A stretch of DNA of 64,000 nt. Source: Chiloscyllium plagiosum. Taxonomy: Eukaryota. The position numbers and the translations under genes were made by a program. Position 1 is the stretch's first letter. The number at the start of each line of letters is the position of its first letter. Below are positions 50,643-60,775 of this stretch, in pieces. The DNA lies in the NCBI RefSeq assembly GCF_004010195.1, contig NC_057719.1:8754066-8818065 (forward strand), written 5' to 3'. Under the pieces are notes generated by a model. That model saw only the letters and a list, made by a program, of their open reading frames with translations. It had not been told where the DNA came from and did no database searches.

Positions 50643-51065
50643 AGTTATCAGCTACATGCAGAATCTGAGACAGACACTTGGAATTCCAGAGGTGATCTTC
50701 CCAGCCTTCTGTCTTAGCTTTATTTGGTAACTAGGCAGAACAATCGCACACTGCACACCTCAGACTGGCAGTGCTACTTTTTCTCGGGGTGGCACCATTT
50801 TGAATTGATGTCATGGAAAATTCTGGAAATGTTACACCAAGCTGTTTACAACGGTAAACAAAAAAAAACCTACGATTGGTAAGGAATGGAAAAAAAAATT
50901 CTGAAAAGTTTGCATTTGTAAAGCACCTCTCACAACCACAGGATGGTCATTTTCTAATCTACCTAGAGTAGGTAGGGCTTGAAGCCAGAACTCCAGGGTA
51001 TATATGCTACCCCTATACCCAGGAGATCAGCTGGGTATAGGGGTAGCATATATAAAAATTATACA

Positions 51066-51402
51066 GCTCAGTGGTTAGCACCCATTGCCTCATAACACCA
51101 GAGACCTGGGTTCGATTCCACTCTCAGCTGACTCAGGGGAGTTTGCATGTTCTCCCTATATCCACATGGGTTTCCTCCAGGTGATCAGGTTTCCTCCCAC
51201 AGTCCAAAGATGTGCAGGTTAGACAAACTGGCTAATGCCAGATTACCCACAGTATCCAGGGATGTGTAGGCTGGGTGAATTAGCCATGGGAAATGCAGGG
51301 TTACAGGGGTGGGGTGGGTCTGGGTGGGATGCTTTTCAGAGGGTTAGTGTGGACTCGATAGGCTGAATGGCCTGCTTTCACACTATAGGGATTCTATGAT
51401 TC
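51066..51402 (+). mobile_element. HE1-type V-SINE
   Basis: GCTCAGTGGTTAGCAC head, V-domain, GGATTCTATGATTC tail. Confidence 0.88.
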
Positions 51403-52156
51403 ATTGCTGGGACTGATACCTCTTGAGTGTGGAGCAATAAACTGCTGTGTTAATGAAAACAGGAAGTGTGAAAAGTATTTTAGTAGAAATAGCATAGAAT
51501 ATGACTCCAAAACAAAATGACTCTATTCAAAATATTAATACTGTTTCTCTCCCCACTAGTGTTGCCAGAGCTGCTGAGTTTCTCTAGCATTTCTCAACAA
51601 CATTCACAGTAAGTTGTCCTTATTCATTTGCAGTGTTACCCAGTCAGTAGGAGAGTGTGTTGGCGAATAGGCGATTTGACCACATCAGCACTTTTCCCCT
51701 GATAAAATTAAGAGATTGCCTTTGCACTCCTTTGCAAATCAAAGTATCATGAGAGTTGCTTCAATTTCCATCTCAACCCCAGTGCTCAGCAACAAGACAA
51801 TTAGAAAGATCCTGGCGGAGGCTGAAGGATTAATCAACTTCAAAGCCTCTGAAAAGTGACTTGACATCAAATATTGGTGCCAGTTAAACAAACTTAGTTC
51901 TTCTGTGATTTTGTGATATCGTAATTATCTGTCATGGCTCTGTAAAAAGTCTCACAATTATGGCAAAAGAGTGGAATGCACTATTGATTTCTGGTTGAGC
52001 ATCAAGACTAACTCACTCCTGTATTAATTTACAATGTACCACACCAGAGCCGCTTCTCACTGATTATCATGTGTTCGTCACCTTAGAAACTTGGAAAACA
52101 GGAGCAAGAGTAGGCCATTCGGCCCCAGGAGCCTGCTCCACCATTCGATAAAATCA

Positions 52157-52780
52157 AGGATGGAACCAAGATGGCGGCAGAGGAGGACGCTTCAGCTCTG
52201 CCCGTTCTCCTTCTTTACCTGCTCTTTATTTTGTCTCTTTGTGTTTTTAGATTAGATTACTTTACAGTGCGGAAACAGGCCCTTCGGCCCAACAAGTCCA
52301 CACCGACCCGCCGAAGCGTAACAGCTCTGCCCGTTCTCCTTCTTTACCTGCTCTTTATTTTGTCTCTTTGTGTTTTGTTCTTCTTCTCTACCAGCCTTAA
52401 TAACCCCTGACCTCAGCACAGAAATGATGTGGGTGCTCCTGGCATGGCATGATGGCATTCTGGTTTGACATGGCCTCAGCATGGTCTTCCTGGTCTTCAG
52501 GCAATACCAGAATAATCTCCCAGCCTCATGATCCTCAAGGTGAAGCCTGGCGCGGTCCGGAGCCAAGGCCCGGTACGGACTGGAAGCTAGATGGTCTGAA
52601 TGGGATTAATACCATTCTGACTGCTTCTTTCTGCAATGCTGGACTTTTTATTTCTCAAATTTCTAAGATCTTATAACTGAAGAGGTTGTACCTGGGTACC
52701 TTTGTACTGAGCTGGTGCTGTAAGTGGTGACCTATCACTTTACTCATTTGAGTACATGTGACTATAAAGCTAATTGAATT
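52157..52780 (+). mobile_element. Putative non-autonomous retroelement with YY1-type 5' motif and Rex1-like tail
   Basis: CAAGATGGCGGC at 52167-52178; ends TACATGTGACTATAAAGCTAATTGAATT like Rex1 tails in this window. Confidence 0.5.
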
Positions 52781-52819
52781 CATGTTCTTTGATCCCTTTA
52801 GCCCCAAGTACTATATTAG

Positions 52820-53100
52820 CGAGTTTGGAGAAGATTTGTAGCTCAGGTTAAGGTTTTGGATGTAGGTTTGCTCGCTGAGCTGCAAGGTTCACTTCCAGAC
52901 GTTTCGTTACCTTACTAGGTAATATCTTTAATGAGCCTCAGGTGAAGCAATGCTGAAAATTCCTGCTTTCTATTTATATGTTTGGGTTTCTTTGGGTTGG
53001 TGATGTAACCTGAGAAAAGGAACCGGAAGTGACTTCACCATAGGAAATAACATCACCACAGGAAATGACATCACTAATGCAGCTCCGCATGAAGGTGCTG
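52820..53100 (-). mobile_element. Family-4 PLE terminal repeat
   Basis: GAGAAGATTTGTAGCTCAGG...GACGTTTCGTTACCTTACTAGGTAATATCTT matches the 49615 element. Confidence 0.75.
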
Positions 53101-53134
53101 AGTGATCGACACATTGTAGGCAAGAGGATGGCCA

Positions 53135-53545
53135 TAGTTATAGAGTCATACAGCACAGAAGAGGCCCTTTGGCCCACTGAGTCTGTACCGACCTAACTGC
53201 ACTAATCTGACTTTCCAGAACCTGGCCTCATGGCCTTGAATGTTATAACACTTCAAGTGCTTGTCCAAGTACAGTTTAAACGTTGTGAGGTTTCTGCCTC
53301 AGCTACTCTCCTAGGCAGTGCATTCCAGATCCCCACCACCTTCTGGGTGAAAACCCTTTTCCTCAAAACCTCTCGGAATCTCCTACCTTTCACCCTAAAA
53401 TGGTGCCCCTTCGTTTGACAAAGTTAGCTGCTTACCATCCATCCTGTCCATGCCCCATATAATTCTATACATCTCAGTCAGGTCCTCCTTGAATCTCCTC
53501 TGTTCTATAGAAAACAGCCCGAGCCTATCCAGTCTCCCTTCTTGG
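53135..53545 (-). mobile_element. CR1/HER1 LINE 3' fragment
   Basis: GRLDRLGLFSIEQRRFKEDLTEMYRII. Confidence 0.85.
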
Positions 53546-54685
53546 TTAGAATGGGGGTCGGTTTCACTCGCTTGGCTGGACGGATAGTTTGTGATACAGA
53601 GTGATGGCAAAAGTGTGGGTTCAATTCCTGCAGTGGTTGTGATTACCATGAAAACCCCCTCCTTGACTGATTGATTGTCACATGCACCATAGTACAGTGA
53701 AACGCTTTGTTTACAAGCAGTACATGCAGATCATAGTAAACAAGGATATGCAGATCAAAAAGACTTAGACAGAGGCAATCAAAATACATTGCTTATTGAG
53801 GCTAGAGAGTCCATTCCAGGAAAAAGCTGTTCCTGAACCTACTGGTGCATGGGTTTAGGTTTCTGTGTCTTCTCAACGTTTTCCCATGTGTGGGTCTTAG
53901 TGACCCTCAGGTTAAACCACCACCAGTCATCGCTCTCTAATAAGAGAGCAGCCCCCATGATCTGGGAAGACTGTGGCAACTGTACCTTTACAGAGTGAAA
54001 CTGTTCCAACCCAGGAAACATGCTCTGCACCCCTGCCCAGTGCAATCACACCTGTCCTAAAGTGCAGTGACCAGAGCCACATACAGTAGTCTGCACAGAG
54101 GGACCAGGGTTTTGGATGAACCGACGTTTCCGGGGGGTTGGCAGCTGGACAGGAACTGTCTGGGAACAGGCAATGCATGTGGAATAAAGACATGAACAAG
54201 GCTTTCAGTGGCAATGGAACTGAGATGGTAATGTATTAGTAATGGCATGGATATGCAGTCAGGTCATCATGGGATCAAAATCTCCCAATTTCTGACGAAA
54301 CACACCAGCCCAGTGTCAGGATCCTGCACCGTGCTCCAGGAACTCAATAACACATTGGGCACGGGATAAAGCACATTATTGCACCAATGCACTAAGTGAC
54401 AATGTTTTCTTTAGTCACAAACAGCTGAAATTAGACAAGAGAAAAATATAAATCCATTAAAAATCGACTCGAGCGAAAGCAATTTCAAAGACCATTTATC
54501 CGTAATATCTCCCCTGGCTTCAATCAACGATAGATCAACATGAAGCTCTGCAGGAGGATTATTTTGCCAAGCCCAAGGTTGGCTACTATCAGAGGCTTTT
54601 AACTAGATGCTGTACTTTGGACAAACAACCTGGCACTATCCTTTCACGTGAGTTTGCCCTTACATGTTGGCTTATGTAGGTTAAG

Positions 54686-54866
54686 CGCAGCAGGCCAGGC
54701 AGCATCCGAGGAGCAGGAGAATCGACGTTTCGGGCATAAGCCTTTCTTCAGGCTTATGCCCGAAACGTCGATTCTCCTGCTCCTCGGATGCTGCCTGGCC
54801 TGCTGCACTTTTCCAGCACCACACTTTTCAACTCTGGTCTCCAGCATCTGCAATCCTCACTTTCTC
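54686..54866. mobile_element. Family-1 perfect-hairpin mini-element with intact minus-strand hammerhead
   Basis: 57-bp perfect arms 54687-54743 / 54750-54806; minus CCTGAAGAAAGGCTTATGCCCGAAACGTCGATT; 15-bp TSD CTTATGTAGGTTAAG at 54671-54685 and 54867-54881. Confidence 0.9.
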
Positions 54867-56087
54867 CTTATGTAGGTTAAGTCTTACTCCGGCAAGTTCA
54901 GACTTGGTTGTCATCATCTCAGTTTAAAAGCACTCAATGTGTGACAACTTTTTCTCAAACAGTTCATCTCTCAAGGTTATCCTCTGTTGCTGGGGCCCAC
55001 TGACTCCAAGACTGAGAATCAAAGGGCCTCCTGAGACATCCCACTCATTTTCCCTTGCGTATCTCCATCCAGAATTCCCGCAATCCCTGACCTGGATAAA
55101 TAACCCACCATGCAGTTTCCCATTGCTCCACCCAGCAATTAGATTGTAGTTGGTCTACTCACTTCGGTTCCATCTCTCTCAGATTCCTTTACTTAAATAA
55201 AATGACCAATCTCAGTTTTGAGATTGATCCACATAGCCTCCCGCAGCTTTGTAGGGGAGACATTGACCAGAAACTGAAATGGACCCACCACATTAAAAAC
55301 ATTGGGTAGGTGAATGGCTCGGAATACTACCGTGAGTAACTCAGTCCCTGACTTCCCAAAGCCTGTTCACCATCAACAAGGCACGAGTCAGGAGTATGAT
55401 GGAATGCTCCCCAATTTCCTGAACTGGGTGAAGCTCCAGCAACGCTCAGAAAACTTGACAATATCCATCCCAAAGCAGCTTGCTTGATTGGCACCACATC
55501 CACAAATCACGACTCTCTCCACTTCAGGAATAAGGAGGAGGTCATTTTGGATTGAAAGGTGGAATCACACTCAGTAGACAGCAGTGTAGACTCTCTACAA
55601 GAAGCATCATAGCAACTCACAAAACCTCCTTTGATGGAAATATCTGTACCCACAGGTGAAAATGTGCTGCTCAAAATCATTCCTAATGGCCAGGTTCTCG
55701 TGCAAAGGTGAACCTTTGAAATTCTCTACAACAGACAGACTTTGTTTATATTAAAGGCTCAGACTGTAGAGGTTTTGGATACTCCGATGGGATGAAGGGA
55801 TTAGGCAGGAAGATGGGAGGTGGAGTTGAGGATCCATTATGATCACACTGAATGGCGGAGCAGACTCGAGAGGTTTATTCCAGCTCCAGCGCTCCAACGT
55901 TATCCATGGAATATTCAGGAAGAGGTGGACACTGGCCAGGATGCTGGGGAAAACTCCTCTGCTCTTCAAAAATGACATCCATTCAAGGTCAAATAAGCCT
56001 GAGGTTAATGCGCCATCCAAAAGGGGAAGCATTTCCTCAGGGTAACATTGAACCCTCAGTCTGGATTGAGCTGCTTGAGTCTATGGA

Positions 56088-56172
56088 CCTGATGAAGGAG
56101 CATCGCTCCGAAAGCTAGTGTGCTTCCAATTAAACCTGTTGGACTATAACCTGGGGTTGTGTGATTTTTAAC
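56088..56172 (+). mobile_element. Solo family-3 terminus with intact hammerhead, in a Deu-SINE
   Basis: CTGATGA(56089-56095)-A-GGAG-CATCG-CTCC-GAAA(56110-56113)-GCTA; TSD TGAGT(C/T)TATGGA at 56076-56087 and 56173-56184. Confidence 0.82.
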
Positions 56173-56269
56173 TGAGTTTATGGAGTGGGACATGCATTGA
56201 CTCAGTCCACTGACTCAGGCTGACAAGTGAAATTGCAGCAAACTGCTCAACACAGTATTTCCATAGAAA

Positions 56270-57580
56270 CTCAGAAACCAAAGGACAGCAGTAGGCCATT
56301 CAGCCCTTCAAACCTGCTTCTCCATTCGAAATGATCACGGCTGATCATCCAACTCAATGCCCTTTTCCCACTTTCTCCTTGGGACTCCATTAGCCCCAAA
56401 ATTACATTTAATTCCTTATTGAAAACATTCAATGTTTTTGGCTTAATACTTAGCACTGCTGTCTCATAACGCCAGGAACCTGGGTTTGACCCCCAGCTTT
56501 CTGTGTGGAGTTTGCACATTCTCCCTGTGTCAATGCGGGTTTCCTCCGAGTACTCCGGTTTCCTCCCACAGTCCAAAGATGTGCAGGTTAGGGTGGATTG
56601 GCCATGCTAAATTGCCCCATAGTGCAATCTAGATAGGTTAGCAATGGGAAATGTAAAATATAATTCTATATTTTGGCCTCATCCATTTTTGTGGTAGAGG
56701 CTTCCATAGGTTCACCACTCTCTTTGTAAAGAAATTTCTCTTCATTTCAGTCCTCAGTGGCCAGCCCCATATCCTGAGAGTGTGACCCTTGGTTCTGGAC
56801 TCTCCTGCCCTCAGGAGCATCTTTCCTGCATTTGCCCTGCGTCGCCTGGTAGAATGTTATTGATTTCTGTGAGATCCCACCTCCCCCCCACCAACCCCCA
56901 TTGTTCTAAACTCCATTTGACTCCCAGCTTTCTGTGTGGAGTTTGCATTCTCCCTGTGTCTATGCGGGTTTCCTCCGGGTGCTCTGGTTTCCTCCCACAG
57001 TCCAAAGATATGCAGGTTAGGGTGGATTGTCCATGCTAAATTGCCCCATAGTGCAGTCTAGATAGGTTAGCATTGGGAAACGTAAAATATAATTCTATAT
57101 TTTGGCCTCATCCATTTTTGTGGTAGAGGCTTCCATAGGCTCACCACTCTCTTTGTAAAGAAATTTCTCTTCATCTCAGTCCTCAGTGGCCCGCCCCATA
57201 TCCTGAGAGTGTGACCCTTGGTTCTGGACTCTCCTGCCCTCAGGAGCATCTTTCCTGCATTTGCCCTGCGTCGCCTGGTAGAATGTTATTGATTTCTGTG
57301 AGATCCCACCTCCCCCCCACCAACCCCCATTGTTCTAAACTCCAGTGAGTATAGTCCTAACTGACTCAGTCTGTCTTCAGACATCAGTCCTACCATCCCG
57401 GGAATCAGTCTGGTAAACCTTTGGATAATCTCTCCGTCGCCATAGCATACACAGATTTTTAAAAAATGAAAACTGCAGCAATATTCCAGGCGTGGTGTCA
57501 CTGACGCCCTGGACAATTGCAGCAAGACACCCCTGTTCCTGCACTTGAATCCTCTTCCTAAACTTGACAACGCCAGCGTG
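56270..57580 (-). mobile_element. CR1 3' fragment containing an HE1 SINE, with a ~430-bp tandem duplication
   Basis: GESRTKGHTLRI..EMKRNFFTKRVV occurs twice; IQRFTRLIPGMVGL..RLSQLGLYSLEFR. Confidence 0.88.
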
Positions 57581-58975
57581 CTCCCTCTCCATGGATGCTG
57601 CCTGACCCGCTGTGATCTGCAGCTCTTTTTGTTTTCAGTACAGATTCCAGCATCTGCATTAACTTGCTCCTGCAATTAATATTCTTCCCTGACTGCTGCA
57701 CCTCCAAGGGCATGTTGGGAAGGGAAAGCAATATTAGCCTTCTACATCCAGAGTGGGGGAAGATGGGTGAAGTTACAGAAACTGGATTATCTGGTCACTA
57801 TCCCTTTGCCGTTTGCTATTTGATTGCTCTGAAACAGAGATTGCAGTTCCTTTACTGGCTGTAAAACAATTCAGGACCCGCTATTGTGAAAGGCACTACA
57901 ACAATGCAGGAACTTTATTTAGGGAACACAAGGACCGGTCTGACATGACTAGCAGCAGAAGAATACTCCAAAAACTGCATGCGTTGGAAGCCCATTGCAA
58001 AAAAAAGAAATTGCACTTCAAAAAAGATAAAGATGGACCTAAGATCAACCCAGGATTCTGAGATACAAGTGGGGATTAAATGGAGCACAATCAAAGACTG
58101 CACTCCCACCTCCCCAACTGAGGGATATCTAATGATGGAGCATATTGTGTATGAGAGCAAAACATTTCCATTTAAGGAGCTATCAGCTAGACACTTCTTC
58201 AATATCTGGTGTAGTGAAGCATGAGGGCCTGGGGGTTAAATATGTGAAGGATACTGGAATTCACAATGACAAACGCAGAATCAGCACCATGGACAGAGAT
58301 AGACTCAGCGACTCTTCGGATTTGTCAGAGCAGAAGGAGGCCATTCGACCTATGATGTCTGCACCAGCTCCCGTGAGAAATAGAGAGTTCAGGGACTGTG
58401 GAGCAGATAAAGGGCTCAGGGTGTGGGGGACAGAGAGAGGGCTCAAGGAGTAAGCTGCAGAGAAAAGACTCATTTGTACTTATATTACTTCTAAATGTGA
58501 CCATTCTAATGCTTCCACCTTCCATAAATCCAGGCTCTGCCAAACGTTCTGGCACCCACTGTGTCCCAGCACCAACACTCATTCATTCATCGCCTCTGAC
58601 CAGGGAGATGTACACTGACTCCTGATCAAACAGTAGCTCAATTTTAAAATTCACATTGTGTTTTGAAACCCTTCCGTGGCCTTGGTCCTTCAGTGTCCGG
58701 CCATCCCCTTCAATCTGATGACCCTTGGGGAGCTCTGTGCTCCTCTAACGCCAATCTCTAATGCATGTTCAAACATTAATCATTCTCGTTCAGACCAACT
58801 ACTTGGGAAACAATGGCCTTGTGGTATTATTGCTGGGACATTAATCTAATGACCAACTTAAATTTCTGGGGGCCAGGATTCAAATCCTACTGATTGCAGA
58901 TAGTGTAATTTGAATTCAGTTTTTAAAAATCTGCAGTTAAAAGCCTAATAATGGCTGTGACACTGTTGGTGATTG

Positions 58976-59280
58976 TTAGATTAGATTTCCCAGTGTGCAA
59001 ACAGGCCCTTCGGCCCAACCAGTCCACACTGACCCTCCGAAGAGTAACCCACCCAGACCCATTTCCCTCTGGCTAAAGCACCTGACACTATGGGCAATCT
59101 AGTACAGCCAATCCACCCTGACCTGCACATCTTTGGACTGTGGGAGGAAGCCGGAGCACCCGCAGGAAACACACACAGACACGGGGAGAAGGTGCAAACT
59201 CCACACAGACAGTCGGCCGAGGCTGGAATCAAACCTGGGACTTTGTTGCTATGACACAGCAGTGCTAATCACTGTGCCAC
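58976..59280 (-). mobile_element. HE1-type V-SINE nested in a MetaSINE-like copy (58805-58975, resuming 60080-60220)
   Basis: Tail, V-domain and head; host SINE continues after the PLE. Confidence 0.88.
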
Positions 59281-59479
59281 AGAGTTGTAAACAAAGTTTG
59301 GGAGAAGATTTGTAGCTTAGGTGCTCGTTGTTGTGGTTCTGTTCGCCGAGCTGGGAATTTGTCTTGCAAACGTTTCGTCCCCTGTCTAGGTGACATCCTC
59401 AGTGCTTGGGAGCCTCCTGTGAAGCGCTTCTGTGATGTTTCCTCCGGCATTTATAGTGGCCTGTCCCTGCCGCTTCCGG

Positions 59480-59947
59480 AGCATTTCCAAACTGACAGCC
59501 AGAGAACTGCGACCACTAGGACTCATAACAGCACACAAACCAACAGCCACCCTCAGACAACAACTCACCAGAACAAAGGACCCGATACCCAACATGAGCA
59601 AAACCAATGTAGTGTACAAAATCCCATGCAAGGACTGCACAAAACACTACATAGGACAAACAGGAAGACAGCTAACGATCCGTATCCATGAACACCAACT
59701 AGCCACGAAACAGCACGACCAGCTATCCTTAGTAGCCACACACGCAGATGACAAGCAACATGAATTCGACTGGGACAACACTAACATTATAGGGCAAGCC
59801 AAACAGAGAACAGCCAGGGAATTCCTAGAGGCATGGCACTCATCTACAGACTCTATCAACAAACACATCGACCTGGACCCAATATACCGGCCACTACAGC
59901 GGACAGCTGGAACTGACAACTGGAAGCGGCAGAGACAGGCCATATAA
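59480..59947 (+). CDS. GIY-YIG endonuclease domain of PLE ORF (N-terminally truncated, frame open)
   Basis: NVVYKIPCKDCTKHYIGQTGRQLTIRIHEHQ...HEFDWDNTNIIG..REFLEAWHS..SINKH; the track's start at 59432 lies in the inverted repeat. Confidence 0.9.
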   Translation, partial: SISKLTARELRPLGLITAHKPTATLRQQLTRTKDPIPNMSKTNVVYKIPCKDCTKHYIGQTGRQLTIRIHEHQLATKQHDQLSLVATHADDKQHEFDWDNTNIIGQAKQRTAREFLEAWHSSTDSINKHIDLDPIYRPLQRTAGTDNWKRQRQAI

Positions 59948-59992
59948 ACACCGGAGGAAACATCACAGAAGCGCTTCACAAGAGGCTCCCAA

Positions 59993-60032
59993 GCACTGAG
60001 GATGTCACCTAGACAGGGGACGAAACGTTTGC
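59993..60032 (+). ncRNA. Minimal hammerhead ribozyme motif (identical copy on minus strand at 59366-59405)
   Basis: GCA-CTGAGGA(59996-60002)-TGTCACCT-AGAC-AGGGGAC-GAAA(60022-60025)-CGTT-TGC; stem I GCA/TGC. Confidence 0.75.
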
Positions 60033-60235
60033 AAGACAAATTCCCAGCTGGCGAACAGAACCACAACAGTTGTAAACACTTTTTCAGGAGAGGAAATTGA
60101 TATCCTACATGTGACGCCAGACTCACAGCAATATGGTTGACCCTTAACTACCAACAAGACAATTAGGAATGGGTAATAAATGCTGGTCTTGCCAGCAACA
60201 CCCATATCTTGCAAGCGAATTTTACTAAAGCATTT

Positions 60236-60775
60236 GATTAGATTAGATTTGATTTGATTATTATTGTCATATGTACCGAGGTATAGTGAAAAGTTTTGTT
60301 TTGCAGGCAGGTCATACCATGCAAAGCGCATTTGGGTAATAAAACAAAGTAAGGAATACAATGTTACAATGACAGCGAAGATGCATAAAGAGTGGGATCA
60401 ATATTAAACTTTAAACTCAAGAAGTCCATTCAGAAGTCTGATAATAGCGGGGAAGAAGCTGTTCTTGAATCTGTTGGAATGTGTGTTTAAGCTTTTGTAT
60501 CTTCTGCCTGATAGAAGAGGTTGGAAGAGATTAGAACCAGGATGGGAAGGGTCTTTGATCATGTTAGCTGCCTTCCCGAGGCAGCAGCAAGTATAGATGG
60601 AGTCAGTGGCTGGAAGGTTGGTTTGTGTGACGGACTGTGCTTTGTTCACAACTCTCTGTAGTTTCTTATAGTCCTAGGCGGAGTAGTTGCCGTACCAAGC
60701 CGTGGTGCATCCGGATGGGATACTTTCTATGGTGCATCAATTAAAAATGGGCAAGAGTTTTAATTAAAATGCCAG
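60236..60775 (-). mobile_element. Rex1/Babar-type LINE 3' fragment
   Basis: KAANMIKDPSHPGSNLFQPLLSGRRYKSLNTHSNRFKNSFFP; (AAATC)n tail. Confidence 0.88.

Larger units (their letters stand above)
59294..60067 (+). mobile_element. 5'-truncated Penelope-like element (Poseidon/Penelope group) with inverted terminal repeat
   Basis: Inverted arms 59329-59477 / 59922-60068; TSD AGTTGTAAACA at 59283-59293 and 60068-60078; GIY-YIG ORF inside. Confidence 0.93.

Noticed and set aside
57813..58453. Overlapping short ORFs in unique sequence as a possible terminal exon
   Set aside because: No recognisable homology and no consistent frame; unsupported without RNA data.
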